In this document: piece by piece, positions 16,708 to 26,588 of the stretch | Layout: every line of letters begins with the position of its first letter | Numbering within the stretch: position 1 is the first letter of the stretch | NCBI GenBank assembly: GCA_945889495.1 | Contig: CAMDBU010000004.1 | Span: 5,176 to 69,175, forward strand | Source: Syntrophobacter sp. SbD2 | Lineage (GTDB): Bacteria; Desulfobacterota; Binatia; UBA9968 | DNA length: 64,000 nt | Direction: 5' to 3' | Notes under the pieces: model-generated | What the model was told of the DNA's origin: nothing | The model's input: only the letters and a program-made list of their open reading frames with translations | Database searches by the model: none | Translations under genes and position numbers: made by a program

Positions 16708-18103
16708 TGGTTTTACTCGCGGGAGAGCGTCCCTTCAGGGCATTTTCAGCGACTTCGGCAAGCAGCTGGTCATGATCGTGATCGAGGGCGAAGACGCGGA
16801 ACTGGACGATCTTCGACGGGATGAATTCAAATAATTCCGCCAGCGACTCCTTGGCGATCTCGCCGCTCGATGGATCGTAGATATGAATCTGCTTCTTGCC
16901 CATGGCGAAGGGATTTTCCGGCCGCGGATCTTGGGTCGCCATGTCGACGCGGAAGGTTAGATCGCGCTGGGCCGCCGGCAGACCGGCGCGAATGCGTTTT
17001 TCCCAATCGGTGTCCTGGATCAAGTCGACGCCGTAGTGGAGCTCATTGAGCGACAGCGTACGGTCGAAGGCCATCTTCCATTTGACCTCACGATGGAGCA
17101 CGGTTTCCCACTCCTTGCCGAGCGCTTCCCGGTCGCTCTTCTGGCGCCGCCAGCGCGACACTTCTTCGAGCAGCGACCAGTCGGTCAAGTAAAGATAGTC
17201 GTCCATATGCTCCAGCGGATTGCCGGGAAACAGGAGCTTCATGGTTTCGGGAAAAATATCGCGCAGGTGCAAATCGATCGCCCGGGTGGTGCGATGATAA
17301 TAAACGTTGGTGTAGAGATAGAGCCGGGCGTTGAGAAAAGTCGTCAGCGCGTTGTTGCCGGCCTTATGCACGGTGAGCCCCTTGGCCGTGAAAAATGTGT
17401 AATGAAGCAAGCGTTCGCGATCCACCGGCCCGGGATGAACGCCGCACATGTAGGAATCGCGCGAGACGTAATCCAAATTATCGAAAGTAAATATCCCGCC
17501 GGTGAGCGGTTGGAGAAAGCGCACCCATTTAGGTTTGCGGTTGTCTTCCAGGCCGTTTTTCTTGATCGGATAAATGACATCTTCCGGTCGTAGTTCTTCT
17601 CCGGCCGCGAACGGGCCGCTTGGGCTGCGGCGCAACTGCTTGATGATATCGCCCAAGTATTTCTGGATGATCGTCTGGCCCAAATCCTCATGGGTGAGAT
17701 CGAAGTGGTGGAGAAAATTGTCGTCGAAAAAATGGCCGAAAGGTCCATGACCGATGTCATGAAGTAAACCGACCACGCGCATGTACTGTTCAATGTAGGG
17801 CGCCGACGGGCAGTCGTCGCCCAAGACTTTGCGCAGCGAGGGATAGAGATGCTTGGCGAACTCGCCGGCCATATGCATGGCGCCCAGGGAATGTTGAAAC
17901 CGGCTATGTTCCGCCGACGGGTAAACCCAGCGCGCGCTTTGCAGCTGGTAAATATAGCGCAGCCGCTGCACCCAGGGCGAATCGATGAGCGCCTTTTCGG
18001 TCACCTCGCCTTTGGTTTCCGGCACGGTGAACTGAATATAGCGGTGAATCGGGTCGGCGATCAGCGCCGTGCCGCCGAATTCATTATCGATCAGTTGCGA
18101 CAT
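16700..18103 (-). CDS. HD-domain phosphohydrolase, SAMHD1/dNTP triphosphohydrolase-like
   Basis: 467 aa. It has AEHSRFQHSLGAMHMA and LLHDIGHGPFGHFFD. It overlaps the DegT gene by 8 nt. Confidence 0.85.
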   Translation of the reverse strand: MSQLIDNEFGGTALIADPIHRYIQFTVPETKGEVTEKALIDSPWVQRLRYIYQLQSARWVYPSAEHSRFQHSLGAMHMAGEFAKHLYPSLRKVLGDDCPSAPYIEQYMRVVGLLHDIGHGPFGHFFDDNFLHHFDLTHEDLGQTIIQKYLGDIIKQLRRSPSGPFAAGEELRPEDVIYPIKKNGLEDNRKPKWVRFLQPLTGGIFTFDNLDYVSRDSYMCGVHPGPVDRERLLHYTFFTAKGLTVHKAGNNALTTFLNARLYLYTNVYYHRTTRAIDLHLRDIFPETMKLLFPGNPLEHMDDYLYLTDWSLLEEVSRWRRQKSDREALGKEWETVLHREVKWKMAFDRTLSLNELHYGVDLIQDTDWEKRIRAGLPAAQRDLTFRVDMATQDPRPENPFAMGKKQIHIYDPSSGEIAKESLAELFEFIPSKIVQFRVFALDHDHDQLLAEVAENALKGRSPASKTSV

Positions 18104-18124
18104 GTCTTTGCTACGCTCGAATCT

Positions 18125-18171
18125 TCGCTCTGCTCAGAATTTCAAATTTCAGATTTCAAAATTCGCTCTGC
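18125..18171. repeat. AT-rich heptamer tract flanked by a 10-nt direct repeat
   Basis: TTCGCTCTGC occurs at 18124-18133 and again at 18162-18171. The two copies flank TCAGAATTTCAAATTTCAGATTTCAAAA, which is AATTTCA-type heptamers. Confidence 0.4.
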
Positions 18172-18173
18172 GT

Positions 18174-18599
18174 TTACAGTTCGAAGATTACCTGGGCGAT
18201 CCATTGGTTGCCGGTTTTTTGCATGCGGCTTTTATGTTCGGCTACGGTGACGATTTCTTGTTTGATCTCATGGCGGTCGGGATCGGCCTTTTCGCCGCAG
18301 ACTTCGGCTTTCACAACCGTATCTTTGACCTCGGTGATTTTGAATTCTTTGAGCAAATAGCCGCCGCTTTGGTAGAGATAGAGCAGCTCGCGTAGCCAGT
18401 TGACGATTAGTTCATCGCGATCGGCCGCCTCGACTTCGAGGGGCAGCCGCTCTTTCACTTCGACTTTCTCCACATCGGCCATGACATCGAACAAAGCGAC
18501 GGCGGAGTTCACAAACAGGTCCGCCTGGGAGTTGCCGGTGATGCGCACGGCCAATTCGTTTTGATGGTTGGTGATGCGGTATTTGTTCTGGGTGTCCAT
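18174..18599 (-). CDS. archease-family protein (divergent)
   Basis: 141 aa. YRITNHQNELAVRITGNSQADLFVNSAVALFDVM and GEKADPDRHEIKQEI...WIAQVIFEL align by eye with the archease pattern EHTADIG...LF..A..A....M / GEK.D...HE.K.EIKA.TYH...VVFDI. Confidence 0.65.
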   Translation of the reverse strand: MDTQNKYRITNHQNELAVRITGNSQADLFVNSAVALFDVMADVEKVEVKERLPLEVEAADRDELIVNWLRELLYLYQSGGYLLKEFKITEVKDTVVKAEVCGEKADPDRHEIKQEIVTVAEHKSRMQKTGNQWIAQVIFEL

Positions 18600-18605
18600 G
18601 ATCAG

Positions 18606-18911
18606 TCAGCCTTTAGAATCAAGCGCGGGAGCTCCGTCGTCCTCCAAAGTTCGGTCTACTATAGATCGCCGTCCAGCGATATCGTCCTCCAACAATCGGC
18701 GAATCTCCGGGCGGTCATAACAATCAACGCAGGTTAAAATATCGGTTGGATGGGTCAAGCGCGGATAGCGCAGGGGCGGCGCGGCGGATTTAGGATTGAC
18801 GAGAAAATCCCATCCGCCATGGCCGGTGTGTAGGCGATGGTAATCGACCCAGTTTTTTTTCTGTGTATGAACCGTCTCATAAAACTCTCGGCCGCAGTGG
18901 AAACACTTCAG
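18606..18911 (-). CDS. hypothetical CxxC...CxxC (zinc-ribbon-like) protein with no canonical start codon in frame (CTG candidate)
   Basis: A 101-codon open frame fills the otherwise empty larB-archease gap. TAGGAGACT precedes CTG AAG TGT TTC CAC TGC. The stop lies 6 nt before the archease ATG. It is absent from the ORF track, which lists no ORF here. Confidence 0.35.
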   Translation of the reverse strand: MKCFHCGREFYETVHTQKKNWVDYHRLHTGHGGWDFLVNPKSAAPPLRYPRLTHPTDILTCVDCYDRPEIRRLLEDDIAGRRSIVDRTLEDDGAPALDSKG

Positions 18912-18921
18912 AGTCTCCTAT

Positions 18922-19671
18922 TTATACCCGGTTTATCAGGCTCGCCGCAAACCCGGCGCCGAAGCCGTTGTCGATGTTGACCACGGTGACGCCGGCGGCG
19001 CAGGAATTGAGCATGCCCAAGAGCGCCGACAGGCCATGAAAACTGGCGCCGTAACCGATGCTGGTCGGCACCGCGATCACCGGCTTGGCGACCAGGCCGG
19101 CGACCACGCTGGGCAGCGCGCCTTCCATGCCGGCGACGACGATCAACACCGCCGCGGCGTCGAGCTTGGCGCGGTTGCCGAGCAAGCGATGGATGCCGGC
19201 GACGCCGACATCATAGAGCCGCTCGATTTTATTACCCATCATAGTCGCGGTCACCGCCGCTTCTTCGGCCACCGGGATATCCGAAGTGCCGGCCGAAACC
19301 ACCAGGATGGTGCCTTTTCCGGTGACGCGGATCGGCTTGGCCGACCATGTCGCGCAATGGGCCGCGGCATGGATCTGTAAACCCAGCCGGTAACGTTTCA
19401 GTTGGGCGATTTTTTCGTCGTCCAACCGGGTGACCAGCACGTTGCTCTTGCGCCGCTGCATGACCCGGACGATGGTGGCGATGTCTTTGGCTTGTTTGCC
19501 CTGGCCCATCACCACTTCGGGAAAACCTTGGCGCAACGCGCGATGGTGGTCGATCTTGGCAAAGCCGAGATCCTCGAAGGGCAGATCGCGTAGCCGCGCC
19601 AACGCCTGGGCGATGGGCAGCTTGCGCTCTTGCACTTTTCTCAGAAGTTTTTCCAGGTCGTCGGCGTCCAT
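18922..19671 (-). CDS. larB: LarB-type (PurE-like) nickel-pincer cofactor biosynthesis carboxylase/hydrolase
   Basis: 249 aa. It has LPFEDLGFAKIDHHRALRQGFPEVVMGQGK and a PurE-like C-terminal Rossmann segment. Confidence 0.8.
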   Translation of the reverse strand: MDADDLEKLLRKVQERKLPIAQALARLRDLPFEDLGFAKIDHHRALRQGFPEVVMGQGKQAKDIATIVRVMQRRKSNVLVTRLDDEKIAQLKRYRLGLQIHAAAHCATWSAKPIRVTGKGTILVVSAGTSDIPVAEEAAVTATMMGNKIERLYDVGVAGIHRLLGNRAKLDAAAVLIVVAGMEGALPSVVAGLVAKPVIAVPTSIGYGASFHGLSALLGMLNSCAAGVTVVNIDNGFGAGFAASLINRV

Positions 19672-19712
19672 GACGGGTAGGCAGTTATTCTAACGATTCT
19701 TTCAGCGCGGGG

Positions 19713-20702
19713 CTAGTTTTTTTTGAAATGGTCATGGCCTTGGGCTCGAATGGCGATTTTGCCACCGGCAGAATCGACCAGCTGAATTCCATTACGCGCT
19801 GGCGTGCAGCTGCCAATGCGCGAGATCGCCACACGGGCGTGCTTGCTGAGGGCTTCTATTTTCTTTCGCAGTCGCGGCGCAGCCGCGAACAGCAGCTCGT
19901 AGTCCTCGCCGCCGCTGAGCGCGTAGTTCATGCCGTTCTTCCCCGCCAGTAGGCGATAGGCTGGCGACAGCGGCAGTTTGTCCTGTTCAATGGTGGCGCC
20001 GCTGCCGCTCATTTCGCAGATATGGCCGAGATCCTGAATCAGGCCGTCGCTAATGTCGATCATCGCGCTGGCGAGCTTATGTTTGGCCAAGAGCGCGCCG
20101 GCGGCGAGCCGCGGTGTCGGCCGGTGATGGCGGGCGATCAGTTGCTTGACGGCTCTGGTGGGCGCCTGTTGATGATCGCGCAGCAGCGCCAAGCCGAGGG
20201 CGGAATCGCCCAGGGTGCCGGTGACATAGAGATCGTCGCCAACGCGCGCGCCGGCGCGGCGAATCGGGTGTGCCGGCGGATGGCCGATGACGCACACCGA
20301 TATCAGTAATGACTCGGCGATGTTGGTGTCGCCGCCGATGATCGTAACGCCATGCTGTTTCGCCAGGCTGCCGATGCCGCGGTAGAGCTGGTCAATATTC
20401 TCACTGTCGAAATTCGCTGGAATGCCGAGGGAAAGCATGACATAGGCGGGCACACCGCCCATGGCCGCGATGTCGCTCAGATTAACCGCCAGGGATTTGT
20501 AGCCGAGGTCGACGAGCGTCGTCCATTTGAGATCGAAGTGAATGCCCTCGATCAGCAAATCGGCGGTGATCAAGGACGAGCCGCGCGGATGATCGACCCA
20601 GGCGGCATCGTCGCCGATGCCCAGACGTACGCCATGGCCCACCGTAACTTTACGGCCGATCCGGTCGATCAGGCCGAATTCTCCGAGCCGGCTGAGTTTC
20701 AT
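19713..20702 (-). CDS. thiL: thiamine-monophosphate kinase
   Basis: 329 aa. It has an AIR-synthase-like fold, GIGDDAAW and LSGGEDYELLF. Confidence 0.9.
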   Translation of the reverse strand: MKLSRLGEFGLIDRIGRKVTVGHGVRLGIGDDAAWVDHPRGSSLITADLLIEGIHFDLKWTTLVDLGYKSLAVNLSDIAAMGGVPAYVMLSLGIPANFDSENIDQLYRGIGSLAKQHGVTIIGGDTNIAESLLISVCVIGHPPAHPIRRAGARVGDDLYVTGTLGDSALGLALLRDHQQAPTRAVKQLIARHHRPTPRLAAGALLAKHKLASAMIDISDGLIQDLGHICEMSGSGATIEQDKLPLSPAYRLLAGKNGMNYALSGGEDYELLFAAAPRLRKKIEALSKHARVAISRIGSCTPARNGIQLVDSAGGKIAIRAQGHDHFKKN

Positions 20703-20789
20703 CGAGTTGGACTAGCGCCGCCGCCGCGAGCGAGTTTTCACTGCCTTGGGCATGTTGCGCTGTGCGGCGGGAAAAGCATGGTCGCAGTT

Positions 20790-23294
20790 TTAAGGCAGCA
20801 GGGGAATCGATCGCTCACGCGGTTTTTTCACCACCGGGCGTAGCGGCCGCTTGAGCACGCGTCGCTTGCTCGCCCGCGCCCGAGTTTTTTCCGCCGCCAA
20901 GTGGGTCTTGCTGGCCGATTTCGCCCGGTCGACCAGGGCGACTTTCAACACATCCGACATGTTCTTGGCGACCACCCAGCGGAGCTTGCGGCGTAGCGGC
21001 TTGGGAATTTCGTCCAGATCTTTTTCGTTGCGGTCAGGAATAACGATAGTCTTGATGCCGGCGCGAAAGGCAGCTAGCGACTTCTCTTTCAAACCGCCGA
21101 TCGGCAGGACGCGACCGCGTAGCGTGATCTCACCGGTCATGGCGACATCGCGGTTCACCGGCCGTTTGGTCAACGCCGAAATCAGCGCCGTGGCCATGGT
21201 GATGCCGGCCGACGGGCCGTCTTTGGGAATCGCCCCCGCGGGCACATGAATATGGATATCGAGTTTCTGGTAAAAGTCCGCTTCGATGCCCAACGTCTGC
21301 GCATGGGCACGGGCGTAGCTCACCGCCGCCTGGGCCGACTCCTTCATGACATCGCCCAATTGGCCGGTGAGGGTCAAATTGCCGCGGCCGCGCGATAGCG
21401 AAGCCTCGACGTAGAGAATTTCCCCGCCGGCAGTGGTCCAGGCCAAACCGGTGGCGACGCCGATCTCGTTATGTTCCTGTTCCGGTTCGGGCAAAAATTT
21501 CGGCGCGCCGAGCAGGCTATGCACATTCGCTCTCGTCACCCGGGTGATCTCGTCTTTGCCTTCGGCAAGTTTGCGCGCGACTTTGCGGCAGATCGAGGCG
21601 AACTCCCGTTCGAGGTTACGCAGGCCGGCTTCCTTGGTGTACTCGGCGATGATGCGCAGCACTGCGTCGTCGGAAATCTCCAGCCGCTTGAACGCGATAC
21701 CGTTGTCGTCGAGCTGACGCGGGATCAAATACTTGCGCGCGATCTCCAACTTCTCTTCATTGGTGTAGCCCGACAGTTGCAACACTTCCATGCGGTCGGC
21801 CAACGCGGCGGGAATCGGATCGAGCAAGTTGGCGGTGCAAATGAACAACACGTTGGACAGATCGAAGGGCAAATTCAAATAATGATCGCTAAAGGCGTGG
21901 TTCTGTTCCGGGTCCAACACTTCCAACAAAGCCGCCGAGGGATCGCCGCGAAAATCGGCGCCGACCTTGTCGATCTCGTCGAGCATGAACACCGGATTAT
22001 TCGAGCCCGACTGCTTGATACCTTGAATGATCCGTCCCGGCAGCGCGCCGACATAGGTGCGCCGGTGGCCGCGGATCTCGGCTTCGTCGCGCACGCCGCC
22101 AAGCGAGATGCGCACGAAATTGCGTCCCAGGGAGCGCGCGATGGAGCGCCCTAGAGAAGTTTTACCAACCCCCGGCGGACCGACGAAGCAAAGGATCGGC
22201 CCCTTGATTTTGCGCCGCAGTTTGTTGACCGCCAGGTATTCTAAAATGCGCTCTTTGATTTTTTCGAGATTGTAATGATCCTCGTCGAGCACCTGTTTGG
22301 CTTTGCGAATGTTGAGATTGTCCTTGGTCTTTTTGCTCCACGGCAATTCGACCAGCCAGTCTAAATAGGTGCGTACTAACGATGCTTCCGACGACTCCGG
22401 ATGCATCTGTTCCAAGCGCCGTAATTGCTTGTCGGCTTCGCGCTTGACCTCCGGCGGCATCTTGGCTTTTTCGATTTGCTTTTTGACCTCGACGATTTCC
22501 TCGGCCCGTTCGTCGCCTTCGCCAAGTTCCTGTTGAATCTGCTTGAGCTGTTCGCGCAGGTAATAATCGCGCTGGGTCTTGCTCATCTCCTCTTTGGCTT
22601 GGTTCTGAATCCGCGCCTGCATGGTCGACAGCTCCAACTCGCGGGTGAGCAGCTCGTTGACTTTTTTCAGCCGCTCGATGGGATCGAAGACTTCGAGGAT
22701 CGCCTGGCTCTCTTCAATTTTCAGCCGCAGATTGGACGCCACCAGATCGGCGAGCACGCCGGGATCGCTGATGTTGTCGGTGACCATGACGATTTCCGGC
22801 GGCAGATTTTTCAAGTTTAAAATCTGCTCGATCTTCTCCTTGGCCGAGCGCATCAGCGCTTCGACCTCGATGGGCACTTCCGGTAACGTCGGCTCGATCA
22901 CTTTGCGAATTTTGATTTCGAAGAACGGGCGCTCGCGCAGGTAGCTGTCGACTTCCCCCTTGGCTAAACCTTGAACCAAGATTTTCACCCGGCCGTCGGC
23001 GAGCTTGAGCATGCGCATGATCGACGCGATGGTGCCGACCTTATGAATGTCGGCGGGCGTGGGATTCTCTTCCGCCGAGTTCTTTTGCGAGACGAGAAAA
23101 ATTAAGCGGTCGCGCGACAACGCTTCTTCGACGGCGCGAATCGAAATATCGCGGCCGACGAACAACGGCAACATCATGTAGGGGTAAATGACGATGTCGC
23201 GAATCGGCAGCAGCGGTAGAACCTCGGGAATCTCAACTTGAGTTCCTTTGTTGTCTGGGCTCTCCACTTTCCATTCAACATCGCTCATGGGCAC
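20790..23294 (-). CDS. lon: ATP-dependent Lon protease (LonA) with a basic C-terminal tail
   Basis: 834 aa. It has the Walker [10 protein letters not shown] and the catalytic Ser context [14 protein letters not shown]. Confidence 0.95.
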   Translation of the reverse strand: MPMSDVEWKVESPDNKGTQVEIPEVLPLLPIRDIVIYPYMMLPLFVGRDISIRAVEEALSRDRLIFLVSQKNSAEENPTPADIHKVGTIASIMRMLKLADGRVKILVQGLAKGEVDSYLRERPFFEIKIRKVIEPTLPEVPIEVEALMRSAKEKIEQILNLKNLPPEIVMVTDNISDPGVLADLVASNLRLKIEESQAILEVFDPIERLKKVNELLTRELELSTMQARIQNQAKEEMSKTQRDYYLREQLKQIQQELGEGDERAEEIVEVKKQIEKAKMPPEVKREADKQLRRLEQMHPESSEASLVRTYLDWLVELPWSKKTKDNLNIRKAKQVLDEDHYNLEKIKERILEYLAVNKLRRKIKGPILCFVGPPGVGKTSLGRSIARSLGRNFVRISLGGVRDEAEIRGHRRTYVGALPGRIIQGIKQSGSNNPVFMLDEIDKVGADFRGDPSAALLEVLDPEQNHAFSDHYLNLPFDLSNVLFICTANLLDPIPAALADRMEVLQLSGYTNEEKLEIARKYLIPRQLDDNGIAFKRLEISDDAVLRIIAEYTKEAGLRNLEREFASICRKVARKLAEGKDEITRVTRANVHSLLGAPKFLPEPEQEHNEIGVATGLAWTTAGGEILYVEASLSRGRGNLTLTGQLGDVMKESAQAAVSYARAHAQTLGIEADFYQKLDIHIHVPAGAIPKDGPSAGITMATALISALTKRPVNRDVAMTGEITLRGRVLPIGGLKEKSLAAFRAGIKTIVIPDRNEKDLDEIPKPLRRKLRWVVAKNMSDVLKVALVDRAKSASKTHLAAEKTRARASKRRVLKRPLRPVVKKPRERSIPLLP

Positions 23295-23367
23295 TCCAAA
23301 TGACGGCTTAACTTAATCACGTTGAATCGGCAGGTCAAACGGAATCGCGTGTGGCGGCGGTTTTATT

Positions 23368-23400
23368 TACCTGGGGTTAGAGCGCTGGAAGCAAGTGGGG
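23368..23400 (-). promoter_or_regulatory. possible sigma32-type heat-shock promoter upstream of lon
   Basis: The minus strand reads CCACTTGCT-N13-CCCCAGGTA, against the consensus CCCTTGAA-N13-17-CCCCATNTA. It lies about 75-105 nt upstream of the lon ATG. Confidence 0.3.
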
Positions 23401-23430
23401 CGGGGTGAAAGTTACTCCGTGGGTGCAGAT

Positions 23431-24531
23431 TCAATCGAACAATTGCTTCATCTTGTCGAAAAAACCCTTCGACATGGGATTGACATCTTCGCCACCGATG
23501 GCGGCGAATTCCTTGAGCAGCTCTTTTTGCTTGGCGGTTAAATGAGTCGGTGTCTCCACGGTGACGCGGACATGTTGGTCGCCTTGCTGATAACCTTGCA
23601 CATCTTTGACGCCGCGCCCTTTCATGCGGAACACCTTACCGGACTGAGTGCCGCCGGGGATTTTCATCTTCACTTTACCATCGAGCGTCGGCACGTCGAT
23701 CTCCGCGCCCAGCGCCGCTTGCACGAAGCTAATCGGCACATCGCAGAGGATATCGAGATTCTCGCGCACGAAGATCGGGTGAGATTCAACTTGAATGACA
23801 ACGTAAAGATCGCCGGGGCTGCCGCCCACCGGACCGGTCTCGCCTTCGCCGCGCAGTTTCAAGCGCGACCCAGTGTCGACACCAGCGGGAATTTTCACGC
23901 TCAGCGTGTGCATGGAGCGCACCCGGCCGGCGCCGTTGCAGCTGGTGCAAGGATCTTTGATGATCGAGCCTTGGCCTTGGCATTGATTACAGGTGCGCGA
24001 GACGCTGAAAAAGCCCTGTTGAAAAGCGACCTGGCCGCGGCCCCGGCAAGTCGGACAAGTTTGCGGCGCGGTGCCCGGCTTGGCGCCATTGCCGCGGCAG
24101 GTTTCGCAGTGCCCATGGCGCGGGATCTTGATCTTTTTCTCGGTGCCGGAAACCGCTTCCTCGAATTTCACCGCCAGGTTGTAGCGCAGATCGTCGCCGC
24201 GGGACTGCCTGCGCCGCTGACCGCCGCCGAAAAATTCGCCGAAGATATCGCCAAAGACATCTTCAAAACCGCCGCCGGAGAAGCCACCGGCGCCGCCGTC
24301 GCCGAAGGCGGCATGGCCGAACTGGTCGTATTGCGCGCGCTTCTGGCCGTCCGACAGCACTGAGTAGGCTTCGGAGATTTCCTTGAACTTCTCCTCGGCC
24401 TGTTTGTCGCCGGGATTGCGATCCGGGTGATGTTGCAGCGCCAGCTTGCGATAGGCTTTTTTCAAGTCATCGTCACTGGCATTGCGGGCGACGCCGAGTA
24501 GCTCGTAGTAGTCTTTCTTAGCAGCGGCCAA
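23431..24531 (-). CDS. dnaJ: molecular chaperone DnaJ
   Basis: Start moved to the TTG at 24531, behind an AAGAGGA SD, giving (M)[13 protein letters not shown]. It has the HPDRNPGD J-domain and four CxxCxGxG repeats. Confidence 0.95.
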   Translation of the reverse strand: MAAAKKDYYELLGVARNASDDDLKKAYRKLALQHHPDRNPGDKQAEEKFKEISEAYSVLSDGQKRAQYDQFGHAAFGDGGAGGFSGGGFEDVFGDIFGEFFGGGQRRRQSRGDDLRYNLAVKFEEAVSGTEKKIKIPRHGHCETCRGNGAKPGTAPQTCPTCRGRGQVAFQQGFFSVSRTCNQCQGQGSIIKDPCTSCNGAGRVRSMHTLSVKIPAGVDTGSRLKLRGEGETGPVGGSPGDLYVVIQVESHPIFVRENLDILCDVPISFVQAALGAEIDVPTLDGKVKMKIPGGTQSGKVFRMKGRGVKDVQGYQQGDQHVRVTVETPTHLTAKQKELLKEFAAIGGEDVNPMSKGFFDKMKQLFD

Positions 24532-24568
24532 GGTGATCCTCTTGTAACTGGCGAATGGATTGAGCAAC

Positions 24569-24604
24569 AAAGCCCCACTCCGCGCAAATTGGGAGAGGGG
24601 CTTT
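24569..24604 (-). terminator. hairpin between dnaK and dnaJ (possible attenuator)
   Basis: AAAGCCCC-A-CTCC...GGAG-A-GGGGCTTT forms a stem with a weak U-tract on the minus strand. Confidence 0.35.
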
Positions 24605-24630
24605 ATTGAAACTCAAGCTAGGCGGTGAAA

Positions 24631-26538
24631 TTAATCCTTGACCTCGGTAAAGTCGGCGTCGACAACATCGTCTTTTTTCTTGCCATCGCCAGCCGCGGCT
24701 TTGTCATCGCCTTTGGCGCCGGCCTGCTGCGCCGACGCCTTGGCGTACATCGCCTCGGCCAATTTATGCGACGCTTGGCTGAGTGTTTCCGCGGCTTTCT
24801 TCATCGCCTCGGCATCTTGGCCTTCCAAAGTTTCTTTGGCTGACTTGAGCGCGGCTTCGATATTCTCTTTCACGCCGGCGTCGAGATCGCTGCCGTATTC
24901 GCCCAGCGATTTCTCGGTGGAATAGACCAGCGAGTCGAGCTGGTTGCGCGCTTCGATAGTTTCTTTTTTCTTTTTATCTTCGTCGGCATGGGACTCGGCG
25001 TCGCGCACCATCTGCTTGATTTCTTCTTCACTCAAGCCGCTCGACGCAGTGATCTTGATCGACTGCTCTTTGCCGGTGCCCAAATCCTTGGCGGCGACAT
25101 GGACGATGCCGTTGGCGTCGATGTCGAAGGTCACTTCGATTTGCGGCATGCCGCGGGGCGCCAAGGGAATGCCGACCAGGTCAAACTGGCCGAGCAGCTT
25201 GTTATTGGCGGCCATTTCCCGCTCGCCTTGGAACACCCGGATCGACACCGCTTGCTGATTGTCCTGGGCGGTGGAAAATACCTGGCTCTTTTTGGTCGGT
25301 ATGGTCGTATTGCGTTCGATCAATTTGGTGAACACACCGCCCAGGGTTTCAATACCCAAGGACAGCGGCGTGACATCCAAAAGCAAAACATCTTTGACGT
25401 CGCCGGTGAGCACCGCGCCCTGGATAGCGGCGCCGATGGCGACCACTTCGTCCGGATTGACGCCTTTATGTGGGTCTTTGCCAAAGATCTTTTTAACCCG
25501 CTCCTGTACCGCGGGCATGCGGGTCATGCCGCCGACGAGAATAACTTCGTGAATGTCGCTGGCGCTTAACCCAGCGTCTTTGATCGCCTGCCGGCAGGGC
25601 CCCTCGGTGCGGTCGATCAAGTCGGCGCATAACGCTTCCAACTTGGACCGGGTCAGTTTCATGTTGAGATGCTTCGGTCCTTGCTGGTCGGCGGTAATGA
25701 ATGGCAGATTGATATCGGTTTCCATGGACGAGGACAGCTCGCATTTCGCCTTCTCGCCGGCTTCCTTGAGCCGCTGCAGCGCCATGCGGTCTTTGCGCAG
25801 ATCGATGCCCTGGTCCTTTTTGAATTCATCGGCTAGGTAATCGATGATCCGCTGGTCAAAATCTTCGCCGCCGAGAAAGGTATCGCCGTTGGTCGATTTG
25901 ACTTCGAAGACGCCTTCGCCCAATTCCAAGATAGAAATATCGAAAGTACCGCCGCCGAGATCGAAGACCGCAATCTTCTCGTCCTTCTTTTTGTCCAAAC
26001 CATAGGCCAGCGCCGCCGCGGTGGGTTCGTTGATGATGCGCAGCACGTTGAGGCCGGCGATGCGGCCGGCGTCCTTGGTCGCTTGCCTTTGGCTGTCGTT
26101 AAAATAAGCCGGCACGGTAATTACCGCTTCGGAAATCTTTTCGCCGAGATAATCCTCGGCGGTTTGCTTCATTTTTTGCAGAATGAACGCGGAAATCTCC
26201 GCCGGGCTATAACCCTTGCCGCGGATCTCCACCCAAGCATCGCCATTGTCGTTGCCGGCGATCTTGTAGGGCAGCACGCTCGATGCCTTCTGCACCATCA
26301 AATCGTCGGTGCGCCGGCCAATCAAGCGTTTGACCGCTGAAATGGTATTTTCCGGATTGGTGATGGCCTGGCGCCGGGCGATCTGGCCAACCAAACGTTC
26401 GCCGCTGTCGGTAAAGGCGACCACCGATGGCGTGGTTCGGCTGCCTTCGGAGTTGGCGAGCACGTTAGGGTCGCCGGTTTCCATGATCGCCACGCAAGAG
26501 TTGGTTGTGCCCAGGTCAATGCCGATAACTTTTGCCAT
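24631..26538 (-). CDS. dnaK: molecular chaperone DnaK (Hsp70)
   Basis: 635 aa. It has GIDLGTTNS and DLGGGTFD. Confidence 0.98.
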   Translation of the reverse strand: MAKVIGIDLGTTNSCVAIMETGDPNVLANSEGSRTTPSVVAFTDSGERLVGQIARRQAITNPENTISAVKRLIGRRTDDLMVQKASSVLPYKIAGNDNGDAWVEIRGKGYSPAEISAFILQKMKQTAEDYLGEKISEAVITVPAYFNDSQRQATKDAGRIAGLNVLRIINEPTAAALAYGLDKKKDEKIAVFDLGGGTFDISILELGEGVFEVKSTNGDTFLGGEDFDQRIIDYLADEFKKDQGIDLRKDRMALQRLKEAGEKAKCELSSSMETDINLPFITADQQGPKHLNMKLTRSKLEALCADLIDRTEGPCRQAIKDAGLSASDIHEVILVGGMTRMPAVQERVKKIFGKDPHKGVNPDEVVAIGAAIQGAVLTGDVKDVLLLDVTPLSLGIETLGGVFTKLIERNTTIPTKKSQVFSTAQDNQQAVSIRVFQGEREMAANNKLLGQFDLVGIPLAPRGMPQIEVTFDIDANGIVHVAAKDLGTGKEQSIKITASSGLSEEEIKQMVRDAESHADEDKKKKETIEARNQLDSLVYSTEKSLGEYGSDLDAGVKENIEAALKSAKETLEGQDAEAMKKAAETLSQASHKLAEAMYAKASAQQAGAKGDDKAAAGDGKKKDDVVDADFTEVKD

Positions 26539-26588
26539 TTTACTTACTCCTCAGAAACTCATTCAATTGTTACACCAACGAAGTTTAT

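Noticed and set aside
11548-18103. dCMP deaminase plus a SAMHD1-like HD dNTPase as an anti-phage nucleotide-depletion defence pair.
   Set aside because: The deaminase is a short housekeeping ComEB-type enzyme without the extra kinase-like domain I recall for defensive dCTP deaminases. The two genes are separated by five metabolic genes. The context is core-genome-like, with no mobile-element or defence-island hallmarks.
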